Assembly: GCA_964035545.1 (NCBI GenBank) | Contig: OZ037769.1 | Span: forward strand, 1,550,001 to 1,614,000 | Length of the DNA: 64,000 nt | Direction of reading: 5' to 3' | Source: Bugula neritina | Lineage: Eukaryota; Animalia; Bryozoa | In this document: piece by piece, positions 38,826-51,600 of the stretch | Layout of the letters: each line of letters begins with the position of its first letter | Numbering within the stretch: the first letter of the stretch is position 1 | The notes under the pieces: generated by a model | Told to the model about the DNA's origin: nothing | The model's database searches: none | Seen by the model: only the letters and a program-made list of their open reading frames with translations | Program-made: the position numbers and the translations under genes

Positions 38826-41800
38826 ATGGAGGTGAAGGAGGAGAGTAAAACAGAAAGACAGTTTAATGCTGCCGTGAAAGTCATACAGAGTCTCCCCAAA
38901 AATGGTGATCATAGCAAATACAATTGAGATAAATTAATACTTTATTTCATATGCACAGTCAACGATAAATCATAAAAGGCATAAGTCGGATATATAACAT
39001 ATTGATATTGTGTATAGTGCAGTATCATTCTATTGGGTTTATAAGAAAATATGCTTTAAATATGAGTATGTTATTGTTTTCTTATACAGGGTCCTTTAAA
39101 CCATCTCATGAAATGATGCTCAAGTTTTACTCCTACTACAAACAAGCTACAGTTGGTCGCTGCAAAGCCTCTAAACCTGGTTTCTGGGATGTAGTTGGCA
39201 AAGCTAAATGGTCAGAATAAGCAATAAGTTTTCATACTTAGTAAAAACTTAAAATGCTAATATAATAGTTCAATTTTTTTATGATTGCTTTTTATCTTAA
39301 ATTTATTTTGGCTATAAAAGTAGAAATTTAACTTGTGATTATAGAATTACTCAAAAAAACAACAAAAGCTCAAATCAACAGCAAGAAATATTCTAGATGG
39401 TTGTCAACTGTTTTGTAGGGAGGCATGGAACAGTTTGGGTGATATGTCACCAGAGGAGGCTATGCAGGGTTATGTATCAGAGTTGAAAAAGGTTAGCAAC
39501 ATACAGTGTTGATTATTAGATTGTGAAATTTAGTTTTTAAACTATTTGAAGCAAGTTGATTACCTTTTAAATTATTTGGCTGATACTTAAGGCCGATCTA
39601 CATTAAGATATTGTCCTGAAAGTGGTGGTCACCTTGCACTGTCGTGGTCCTGTGTGGGTGGCGGCAGATATTGTCCTGAAAAGTGCAATTGGTAAAATAG
39701 GTTTGGTGAAAATTGAAACCCATGACGATAATGTTATTGAATACAATGATAGTAATATTATCAAATATGTTGATGATTGTTTAGTAGAGGTCTTTATGTT
39801 ACTATGTTTTCCTGATACTACTATGATGTCTACAGATAGCTGAGATAATGCCACAAACCGAAGAGGTCAGTGGGTTAGTGAGTGAATTAGACTCTTTTTA
39901 CGAACTTGTCGACATACACACGGGTGAACCAGTAGCGAGTGGATCCAGAGAACCCCCTGCGAGTGTAGCTAGTCAATCACCCCCACAAGATGATGTAACT
40001 CAAAGCAGTCTAGATGAAAGTGTAGACTCTGGTGACAGTAGTGAATACACGGACAATCATATTGACTCTAGCAAAACTCAACATATTCCTTTGGAGTCGT
40101 CTAAGCATAATGGTATAAGTCATGAGTCAGTTAGGGTACCTGACGTAGTCACTAGTGATTCTTCTACTCAAAGTCACAGTAAGTGGACTATACTTTAGTA
40201 ATATTTCCATAATAATAAAAATCTTCTTATTATATTAAAAGTGTTCATTTAAAATATTTTAGCATCAACATTAAAGGGAGGTAAAAAGCAGTGTGTTGTA
40301 TCACAGTTGTGTTGTTGGGATTAATATCATTTATTCTAGTTTCATATCAATGATACCAAGGCTAGTTGTTAGACTGGTCACTGCTAGTTATTGCGCCCAA
40401 TGCCATTGTTGTGTAACTCCATGGTATTATAATACGAAGTTTGATTCATTTAGAGTTGTGTAATCATTATGTAGGTACTATTCCTGGTTTCGGCTCTGTT
40501 AGAAATACTGCAGCGTCTTCAATTCCTTAGCTTGTTTCTTGCAATGGTGGAGCCTAAGTTATTTCAATTTCTAAAATGTAGAGGTTTAAATCTGCTTGAA
40601 ATTTTGCTATATTTGAAGCACTCAACTCTTCAAAACTCCCACTAAGCTAATGCATTGTAATATGGCACATTTGTTGTTTATAAGCAGCTGTGACAGCTAG
40701 TGAATCACACACACCTGCTCTACCTGTCATAGATAGTGACACTGATAGTGATGAGCTCTACATGGACACTAGTGACATTCCTAGTCATCATGTGAGTGAG
40801 ACTCTATCTTTCAGCTTCTGTAATCAGAATATAAACAATAATATTGATTGTTTTACTATTAATACTCTATGCTAGTTGCTAAATTACTTCGGGATAAAAA
40901 ATTTTAAACTTGGAAGTAGATAAATGATCGATAACTTAAAACCTTTGAATTCATTTAGACTGAATATTATTTACTACTATTAGTAGTGTGCTGGGAATGT
41001 TTCCATCGTATCAGTTACTTTAAACTTATGTGTATGGTTAAGATAGGAAACTGAAGCACAATATTGTATATTTTAGTTAAACACAAGTGAACTACAGGAG
41101 CGGACAATCGATTTGTTAGCCAGCTGTCCTCCACCTTCTGAAAATAGTCCGAGTTTAGCCCCAGTTCTAGGCAGCACTTCACCAAACACATCCACCACCC
41201 TATCTGCTCAAAGTCACGTCAAATCTAGAGCTACTGTATCCAAACCACAAAGAAATACTGGTAGGTTTATGTTATACTTTAATAACACTAGTTACTTCTA
41301 AATTGATACCAGTTACTTCTATATACTAGTGACTACTTAAATACTCATTATGACTAGATATAAGTATTACTAAATAATAATAATTACTACTAAATGCTAG
41401 TTATTACTAAATATTACTTACTACCAGGGTTGGGGTAATTGTAATTTGTAATTGTAATTGGTTGTAATTAATTACATTTTTTCAAGTAATTGAATGTAAT
41501 TTGTAATTGATGTATAAAAATGTAATTGTAATTGTAATTGTAATTAATTACATTGCTAATGTAATTGATTTTTACAATTACTTTATAATTACATATCAAT
41601 TACTTCGTATTATTTTTAACTCCTAAATTTGGTTTATACCTTTTTACCATAGCTACTGTTTAATAAGAAGTTCAAACTAATTCAAAATAGTATTGCATCA
41701 CTCTACTACTCACTCCTAAGATTTCTCAGTGCAGTTGGATCCAGAGAGTGAGATTGCATAACTTATATTTGTCTTTTGTAAGATCAAAGGAGGTTATACA

Positions 41801-44800
41801 CTAATTCACACCAACGTATAGATGGATTTTAGCGTTGGAAGAAGTTATGTAAACATGTAAAGGCATGGCTAATTAATAGGTAGAGGGAGTCAATTCCATT
41901 TAAAGTTTTCACCAATGTGAAATAAGAATAAAGGATGTTAATAGGGCTGCTAACACCTAGAAGGTAGCCAGTAAAAGAGATGTTGGAACAACATTACAAA
42001 ATCTACTTATCTCCATTGAAATTATCACCTAATTAATGCAAGCTTTCAAGGCCCACCTGTAGCCTGCTATAAAATTGGCCATGAATAAAGAAGAAGTTCA
42101 TTCTGCATTGAGAATTCTCTAAGCTAACACTGCAGCTCTAACAGTATGACTCAAGTTTGGGACCACTTCATTTTACCTGAAGGTTATGACAAGAGCGAAA
42201 ACAACTTTAAAGCCAAATGCAAACATTGCTCATCATCCATCTCAGGATCCAGAAAAGCAACATCTAACTTTGTGACACATTTAAAGGTAAAGTTTGACAA
42301 TTTATACATTCTATTAATATCTTAGTTCTACACATAATGATACTATATTGTTTGACTGAGTTTATATGTTATTTAGTTTTATGAATATGATGACATAGCT
42401 TAGACATTAGATATATAAAACAGCTTGTCTAATAGACAAGCTATTTTATCTATCTGTTCAAAACAAAGCAACATGAATACATATATCACTTAAATGTTTA
42501 ACTCTTGCTGTCTGCACTGTGTTTTTACAGAGGAAGCACAAAGATGTCCATTTGTCTCATAAACCAGCCAACATAGCCTCCTGTCAGTCAACTTTAAACA
42601 CATTTGTTGTACCAATTAAAAAGTACGGGCCCTGTGATTCACGACAGAAACAGATCACAGATCTTTTGGTGAAGACGATTGCTGGTGACTTGCTTCCACT
42701 TTCTTTTGTGGAAAGTGAAAACTTCAGGAGCCTAATGCAAACGACAGAACCTCGTTACACTATGCCCAGCCGGAAGCACTTAACCACCACCCTTATTCCA
42801 AACAAGGTCAAGGAAGTAGACAGAATAATGCGGGCACAACTGAAAAATGCTTCTTCAGTGTGTATTACTGTGGATATGTGGTCCAATCGACAGATGAAGG
42901 GGTTCATTGGGATTACCGGTCATTACATCTTAAACTGGACCCTTCAATCTGTCATGCTAGCCTGCTCTCGTTTTCAAGGCCGTCACACTGCAGACAAGAT
43001 CTCTGATCAGGTAGATGAGACGCTAGCATACTTTGGAATTGATGACAAGGTTACGAATATAACTACTGATAATGCAGCAAACATGACTAAGGCATTTGGC
43101 TTACCAGGGTTTGAGAGCATAAAGGATAATGAAGAGGATTCAGATGAAGATGACAAAATGAATTATGAGGAAACAGGTGTGGAGCATGATCCATGCTTTG
43201 CACACACACTGCAGTTAGTGGTAAAGGATGGACTTAAGCAAGCTGGGTCATTAACTAAAGTTCTTTCTAAAGCAGCTCACATTGTTAGTTTTATAAGGCG
43301 ATCAACTTTAGCCACGGACATCCTTGAAGGTGAGCGGCGAGTCCAAGCTGCAACCTGCACTAGATGGAATTCACAACTTTTGATGATTCGGTCTATCTTG
43401 CGATTGTCAGAAGAAAGAATTGCAGACCTTGGTTGCCCAAAACTATTAACAAATGATCGTAAAACTCTAGAGGATGTGTGTGATATACTTGTGCCATTTG
43501 AAAAGGCCACACATGCAGTGCAGGGTGACCAGGGTGTCACAGCTAGTTTTGTAATACCATGCATCCGTGGAACAAAACTTCAACTGGCGGAGATGGCACA
43601 GAAGTACAATTGCCGGTTTGTGTTGGCTCTGCAAACATCTTTTATGAAGCGCATGGCTTTGTACGAGAATAAGGAAGTCTTTCTCCTGGCGACAGCCCTT
43701 GATCCTCGCTTTAAACTAAAGTGGTGCCAGGGGTCAGAGTTGGAGAAACTGACAACTGATCTAGTGCACAAAGCTGAGCGAGTGGCCGCAGTTAAAGAAC
43801 CTTCTATTGAAGAAACAGAGCCCCCTGCAAAGAAACCAAAACTGGATGGTGATTTCTTTGACTTTTTCCTCGAGTCACAGCCGGTAGTCAATACTCCATC
43901 ATCTAATGCAAAGCAAGAAGTAGAGGAGTATCTTGCTGCCCCCCTCCTGGAAAGAACCAAAGACCCGATGACTTTTTGGGGGGTGAATGATTCAAAATAC
44001 CCTCATTTGGCTACTCTTGCTGCCAGGTACTTGGCAGTGCCAGCTTCCTCTGCCTCTGTAGAACGCTTGTTTAGTGTTGGAGGAAAAATTTTCAGGCCTG
44101 ATAGATGTTGCCTATCAGATCATGTGTTTGAAAATCTTATGTTTTTAAAATGCAATGGACATTTGTAAATGGAGCAAATAAACTTTTGATTAATATCAAG
44201 TAAAATAGTTATTATTAATTTTTTGAATACAAATAATTGTTACTAATGGTGTGGCTAATAAAATTTAAAAAATGATGAAACTATGTTCCTATTCTTTCTG
44301 GTTTGGTGTCAAAGTAATTGTAATTGTAATTAATTACATTGCAATGTAATTGTAATTGTAATTAATTACATTACGTTTCAACTGTAATTGTAATTGTAAT
44401 TGTAATTGATAAATTCTCATGTAATTGTAATTGTAATTAATTACATTCATTTGTAATTGACCCCAACCCTGCTTACTACTAAATACTAACTACTGGTACT
44501 ACTAGATACTAGTTTTTTTATGTTTTATTATGTACAGAAGTGGTTAATACTTTAAGATATAAATGCATATTTAGTCTAATTGAATGTATTTTTCAGTTTC
44601 AATTAAAGAAATAAATATAAAAGTTAACATTTCTCTATAGTTTTCAACTGCAGAATTATATAATACAAACATTATGTAGTTTTCTCACAATATTTTTGCT
44701 AGAAATAAAATTTCCCTTGACTCAGTGTTCCTGGCAGCCTGTACATCTGCTAAACTATTTTATTAAAAGTCAATTTAGCTTGAAAACTATATGCAAGTAA

Positions 44801-47774
44801 TTTCATGAATTTCAGCTTTTCATCAACAGAATGTTTTAGGTTTCCGTCGCAATCGTTTACTTCGAAGTACAGGTTGTGTTATTCGGTTTCCCTTTTGATA
44901 AAACTTGGGGAGAACTATGTAGAGTGAAAAGGACTAATGCAACACTTCATGGCAACTCTACCTTGCTCATTGGTCTTCTATGTACTTTGTGTTTATAGCC
45001 AAAACTTTAACAAGAGGTTTCAATCTTCTCAAACTGCCCAAATAGTTCATGTATATAAATGTTATTTAAGTAAATAATGTGCTTGTGAAAAGGCATGTTA
45101 CTTGATCTTAAAATTTAATTAAAAAGAGTTTTTATGCAGGAAAATTTATTAAATTAAAGAAAAATTAAAACAAATTGAATAAAAACCAGCTTTACTAAGA
45201 CATCCATAAAACAAGATGAGTTGATCTGGTGTGCTAATTGCTCTGCAGTATGCTCTTCTGAGCTACAGCCAATCCTCGTCAGTGGTAGTAGTTGTTTTGG
45301 TAAACAAGTACTTTTCAAGGACGGGTATTCTTATTCGCAAATGGAGTTTATTAATAGCAAAAAAATACCTAGCTATTCCAGAAAGGATAAGAGCTTTTCG
45401 TTCTGGGTCGAGTCTGCTGGATAGGGTGAGTTTATACGCCTTCCCCCACTCACTTAACCTAGCTAGAGTGCGGTTCTCACTCTCATTGAGAAATTTAACA
45501 CCATTTGGTGAATAAATAATTCGCATCACAACATAACCATCTGTGCCGTAGGCATATGACTCTTTAATCGACCCTGCAGGAAGTCCTCGCAAAAAGTTGA
45601 CCGAAAGCTTACTTTTAGGCTCAATATTTCCTGTTGCACTAAACAAAAGTTGTCCTGTTCTGTTGAGAAACTCATACCTTATACCAGATTCTTGACTGCA
45701 TTCCCATCTCAAAACCAATTCAATTGCGTGTTGCCTCGGAGCTGCACATCTCAGGAAGTGGTAAATGACGTAGCGATGTTTGACGAAGCAGGTTGGTTGG
45801 ATGATGATGTCGTCTGGTATTGCGGCAATAGCTTCTTTCACGTTATCTCCAAATCTTGGACATACTTCTGTATGTCTGGTCATGGCTTCCAAGTGCATGT
45901 TGTAATTACTGTACGCAAGTTTCATGCCATAGCAGAGTGCAGCCATTTTTTGAATGCAAGGGATAGAATTAGCAGAAAAATTTATTTTCACTACTCCTTC
46001 GGTGTATAAAATTCGGCACTTGAAGTCCGGGTGATTATCAAATTTCAGATGTAAAACTTTGAAGGCATTGGAGCTGTCCCCCGCAAGAAATGGTGAGCAG
46101 GTAATTGTCTCCTCTCTTTTCATCATGGATATTGAGTGCTCAGTAATAATAGCCAACTCCTCTCCAGTGGTCGTACGCATCACCATCGCCGACTCCATAT
46201 CTAGCAAACCGCCTGAACTTTTGACTAGGATGTTGGACTCATCATTCACCACCTTCACTTCCTGTTGGAACTCTTTGACACGGATAAGAGCCCGTATTTC
46301 TAGGTCACTATTGAGGAGCATCCAAACTATAACCTCAGTGCCAGCCTCATCATTAAAATATTTCCAACCAGGTAGCAAGTAGCCCGTCTTAACATTTATC
46401 AACATCTTAAGTATCTGTAAATTTACTGATTCTTGAGGATTGAGTTGGTCTTGGGCGGTGGCTAAGGGTTCCTCCATCTGTTAGGCAGAGCTTGTCCTTG
46501 TTGTGTATTCTACATAAACCATAAACATTTCAATGACATTGCACAACATATTTTTATTTGTTACAAAGTATAACTAATTCTTAATAAACACAACTTTAGA
46601 GTTCAGATATTTCTAACAAAAAATAAGTGCATTGACATTTTAGTATTTTGCTTATGCTGTGAAAGTAAGTCAATCAACTTACCTGTATAAGTTCTGTTTC
46701 CCAAAAGGCAGACTTTGATAGATTTTTCCAAACACTAAAAAAACACACTGCTGAGCTGTATCTACTCCTTCGGCACATTGATTTAATGTTCTGGGAAGCA
46801 AAGCTTTGTTACACTAAGCTTTGACAAAGCTAAGCAAAACTTAAAATAGCTGTTTTCATATATCTGTAAAAGGAACTAGGTTTGGCTTGGTTGTGGTTCA
46901 ACAGTCATAAGGCTTATTTGTAAAGTTAGGAAGAGCACCTACTCCAAACTTCCCTTGTGCCATGTGTAGGTCCCTGTGCTACGTTTCTACTCACTGTAGA
47001 TGATAAATACATAATAACCTCTTACTTGTAGTTTCATTCCAACTACCGGAGAGGAGCAGAACCCCGTCCCCTACATCAGATGAAGTTAGTGAGAAACTGC
47101 GCATGGCCCTTTTGAACATGCAGCAGGAAATAAGCTCACTGGAGCAAAGGTTAAAGGTCGTGGAGCAGATATCAGTCAGCCAAAGACGCCAGCAAATAGA
47201 CCAAACCTCTAAATACATGGTAGGTCATCCTGTGGATGGTGTAAGGGGCATCTTCACTCCCACCCGCCAGACTGTGTTTTGTAGGAGACCTATGGGTTTT
47301 ACAAATCTCATAAATGCCGTCATAATATCTTCACTTGTTTCATTTCTTCCAGTTTCTCACCAAGACAATAGCCAGCCACACTTCCACGACATCATGTATA
47401 CTCCAAAGTTACTGTCAAGTAGATTGGTTTTATTCCTTTACAGAGATGGTGGCCTTTCCCTGGACTCCAGCCCAGAGCAGCCCTTGTGTTTCTGCTGTGG
47501 CCGGTGTTGGTGGCGTGGCTCTTCAGGTATGCAGCAAACAAAAGGTAAGTCCACCTGCTTTACCTAATATAAAGTGTTTAAAACAGTAGTTGTGTTCTCC
47601 ACTATTATATAAAGTAGTTTGTAGACCCGTAGGGCAGATGCCTCAGTCTATACCAACTGTAATAACTACATAAGTTTCATTTTTCACTCTGCATACACTG
47701 TAATAGTTTTTATGTTAACTACAGTGTTTTATAGTTGGATATATATGTCTTGTTCTTTTAGACGCAGGACGTAA
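38826..47774 (+). CDS. ACBD5: Acyl-CoA-binding domain protein ACBD5/ACBD4-like (peroxisomal tail-anchored); ~9 exons: 38826-38904, 39090-39209, 39419-39491, 39836-40179, 40688-40791, 41077-41260, 47032-47219, 47444-47544, 47762-47774
   Basis: ACB domain [61 protein letters not shown]; FFAT-like [15 protein letters not shown]; coiled coil; C-terminal WWPF...[16 protein letters not shown] segment with basic tail. Confidence 0.9.
41425..44471 (+). mobile_element. Full-length hAT DNA transposon (3047 bp)
   Basis: 12-bp TIR CAGGGTTGGGGT, perfect 8-bp TSD CTTACTAC (41417-41424, 44472-44479), subterminal (GTAATT)n arrays at both ends, intact transposase. Confidence 0.97.
42146..44168 (+). CDS. hAT transposase, 592 aa; exons 42146-42286 and 42531-44168
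   Basis: BED finger ([18 protein letters not shown]|RKH), catalytic D (TVDMW), D (TTDNAANM), CFAH, TRWNS, E (SASVERLFS) and hATC dimerisation domain. Confidence 0.95.
45263..46477 (-). CDS. Nested antisense 404-aa protein; probable tandem scramblase/tubby-C/LURP-one-like fold
   Basis: Uninterrupted 1215-nt ORF in AT-rich DNA; ctaacag acceptor directly before the ATG and a cag|gtaagt donor at ~46682; two beta-rich halves each ending in a scramblase-like helix. Confidence 0.8.
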   Translation of the reverse strand: MEEPLATAQDQLNPQESVNLQILKMLINVKTGYLLPGWKYFNDEAGTEVIVWMLLNSDLEIRALIRVKEFQQEVKVVNDESNILVKSSGGLLDMESAMVMRTTTGEELAIITEHSISMMKREETITCSPFLAGDSSNAFKVLHLKFDNHPDFKCRILYTEGVVKINFSANSIPCIQKMAALCYGMKLAYSNYNMHLEAMTRHTEVCPRFGDNVKEAIAAIPDDIIIQPTCFVKHRYVIYHFLRCAAPRQHAIELVLRWECSQESGIRYEFLNRTGQLLFSATGNIEPKSKLSVNFLRGLPAGSIKESYAYGTDGYVVMRIIYSPNGVKFLNESENRTLARLSEWGKAYKLTLSSRLDPERKALILSGIARYFFAINKLHLRIRIPVLEKYLFTKTTTTTDEDWL

Positions 47775-48610
47775 CATGACTCATTTACAAACTATTTGGG
47801 TTTGAAATTACGGAGAGATGTGCTTCAATGACAATCGGAGTGATTTTCTAATTTATTCATCAATGCTCTGTATTGATTGTCGGAAACCTGGGAAAACACT
47901 CTATATATTTGTACTAATGTCAGGGAAATATTCCCTCTGAGGGATTATATCGATTCATTCCATAATAATAATGAAAATTTTCTGTAATTAGTTTTTTCTG
48001 CAAATTTTTGGTATTAATAAATCACTTGATATTAAATTTAATAAATACTGATGAAATTGCATTAAAACACAATGCAGGCCAGTTGATTTCATGTATTTAT
48101 TCTTCAAAATATCTCATACTTATTTATGTGAATTATAAATAAAAATAATTTTGCATAACATACAATTAAAATAAAACAATATAAATACAATAAATACATA
48201 ATCACCTTTTTCTCTTGTACAAATTTACTGCAATATTTATAATTAAATGATATATGCAGATTGATTAAAGGGAAAACGCACTTAGGAAATATCTAAAATA
48301 TGTCCACTATTCACTATGCTGCTACAAATGACTTGGCCGTGTAATTATATTTCTAACTTCCTCTTGGCTAACAGTCAACCAAAAATATAGAAGCGGCTAT
48401 GAATGCTTATACAGCACAACATTTTTGGCTAGAATTTATTGGTTTCCAGAAATTTCAGCTTTAGGCTTATGAGTTGTCTGCCTTTTAATTATCAAAGCTG
48501 AAGAAACTGTTCATTCTTTTAGTACACATACACATGGGGAAAGATCTTACAGCTGCCTACTAATGATTTGTCTTCCCTATTACTTGTTACTCCAGGATCT
48601 CTTGGTATAC

Positions 48611-51600
48611 TCAAGAGTTGTCTTCTTTCAGCTGCTTATTCACTTGGTGTCTTTTCTGTTGCTCCTCGAGTAACTGAGCTAATGCAGATTTGTTTCCCCA
48701 AGTATTCTGTGAATTGAGACGTTACAAGACATAACGGGCAGAAAAATAAACACAATGCTGTTCTGTTTACCTAGATACAGTATTACCTGGTAACAGCAGC
48801 CAGCACCTAACATTCAACTACGTAATTCCCAAACATACTGATGATAGACCACAATTTCTCCTCAAATCTCACAATTGGAGAGAGTAAATCATGGCTAAGA
48901 AATACTGTGTATACAAAGATTAAACTGTGTACACCTACACACACTACACTTACACACACTACACCTACACACACTACACTTACACTACACTACCCTTACA
49001 CTACACTTACACACACTACACCACACCTACACACACTACACCTACACACACTACACTTACACTACACCTACACACACTACACCTACACACACTACACTTA
49101 CACACACTACACCTACACACACTACACCTACACACACTACACCTACACACATTACACCTACACACACTACACTTACACACACTACACTTACACACACTAC
49201 ACCACACCTACACACACTACACTTACACACACTACACTTACACACTACACTTACACACTACACTTACACACCCTACACTTACACACCCTACACTTACGTA
49301 CCTCAAGTCCGGCAGGTTGGTTATTGGTACTTGGCCAAACTGACGGGCTGCTGAGTCCCGCTGACAAAGCTCCGCTGCCGATGGGCATCATCGTTTCTCC
49401 TACAAGAAAGGTGATTTATAATTTAGCTATCTTTTTAAACAATCAAAATTTGAGAGCTCCACTAGCACATTACTCACAGCACATGTTTCTGTTTGTCACT
49501 CTCATAGCACACATTCCTACTTGTCACTCTCATAGCACACGTTCCTACTTGTTACCTTCATAACACATATACCTACTTTTCACCCTTATAGCACATGTTT
49601 CTGCTTGTCACTCTCATAGCATATATGTTCCTACATGTCACCCTCATAGCACATGTTTCTGTTTGTCACTCCCATAGCACATGTTCCTACATGTCACCCT
49701 TATAGCACATGTTTCTGCATGTCACCCGATTGCCAGTATCAAATTAGTTGGCTATCATTCAAAGCTAACAGCAAGGCTGAGTTTGGCCACAACTGTAGAC
49801 ACCAAAAGGGTTCAAAGGGGAGAGCTCAGATAGGACATCTCACCTATGCTGACATCACCGGCAGCGGTTGACACAGGTAGAGGAAATGTCGGACTAAACA
49901 AACTGTAACCACTTGTATGACCTTGACCTTGAGAGGAGAACACTGATGAGTCACTAGCGGAGAATTTCATCTGCAACAGCAGGAAGAACACAACTCCAAA
50001 CACTATTCATTTTCGAGTGAAAGAAAAACTTCACTATGAGAACGTAACAGAAATTAAAAATATTTCTTGCCCTCCGAACACTTTTAAACTGCTGAGTGTA
50101 CTTAGTTAGTTGCACGAGCATTCACTCTCTTATAGTAAAGTACTTCAGCAGATACTTTCCTGTGTTAGAAGCGTCGCGATAAGATTTTTAATCCACAGTA
50201 GAAAGTTTGAAAAAGTTTGTACTACGAGAAGAATATGTGAAGCAAACATACAGGCTGTAGGACAGGGTCAACCATACACGTGGACTCCATCAACTCCGCC
50301 ACAGTCCTGGACTTGCTACCTAGCTGAGATCCTATCACACCCTGACTAGTGACTGGACGAGGGGGAGAAGATAGCATCCTCATTTGACTGTGAGGCCCGG
50401 GTAAAAGCTCCTCTGCAAAATACATGAAATAGAAGACAACTCTATAAATTTAGAAAAACTATTCTTTGAAGCAACTTGGCAGCTCTCGGTGATGAGCTAC
50501 ACTACATAATACAACACTGAGTAACACACAAACATCACTGAATAACACATAGACATCACTGAGTAATATATAAGCATCACTGAGTAACATATAAGTATCA
50601 CTTAGTAACATATAAGCACCACTGAATAACATATAAGCATCACTTAGTAACATATAAGCATCACTTAGTAACATATAAGCACCACTGAATAACATATAAG
50701 CATCACTTAGTAACATATAAGCATCACATAGAAATTACCTGAGCTAGTAGCCTGTGAACCAGTAGCCTGTGACACTAGACCAAACGATGATAAATTAGGG
50801 GACGCTCTGACTGCGCCCACAACGGGGTTCATATCAGATTGAAATGAAGAATATGATGAAACTTTATCTAAAAGTGAGTTAAATAATATGGAAGCAATAA
50901 CTACGTGTGCACAGGTGAGTGTTTACCAGGTGAGAGTTACATAACTGCAACATTATTTTAGAGGCTTCTAGGCTATTCAATAAAGATCCGTTACATAACA
51001 GCTAACAGAGAGCAAACATAGAACTTGTCCTTCAAATATACACTAGAAATGTGCACCACTGAAGCAGTAACTCAAAGTGCAGCTCCACAAACAATAAATA
51101 CAACACACTAATCAGTCGTAGTCATGACAACACGATGCAAGGAGGCAGCGTATATTTACCGAGGCCGGCAGCGTATGAGCTCTCCGGGGTTGACGTGAGG
51201 CTGAAGGTGGAGGCGGGAGTCAGCGGCCAACTCGGAACGTCTTCTACCGGGTCTGAGAGAGTTGCGGCGGTGAGAGAGGTGGTGGAGGTGGAGGGTGAGC
51301 TCTCCTGAGACTGCAGGGCCTGGGGTGGATATACACAGGGAGTCAACTACACATACACAGGGTAAATAACTACACATATACAGAGAGGACAACTACAAAC
51401 AGGGGGGATAATCACACACAGGGAGACAATTACACATACACAGGGGGGATAACTACACATATACAGAGGGGATAACTACAAACAGGGGGATAATCACACA
51501 CAGGGAGGTAATTACACATACACAGGGGGGATAACTACACATATACAGTGGGGATAACTACAAACAGGGGGGATAATCACACACAGGGAGACAATTACAC

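Noticed and set aside
42519-44168. Domesticated ZBED1/ZBED4 host gene
   Set aside because: Intact TIRs, TSD and subterminal repeats show it is a transposon; the true start is in an upstream exon at 42146.
48841-49563. His/Thr/Tyr-rich 240-aa ORF and Cys-rich antisense ORFs
   Set aside because: Translations of a 15-bp intronic minisatellite in SMG7; the same applies to ORFs at 1733, 50459, 55296 and 63343-63675.
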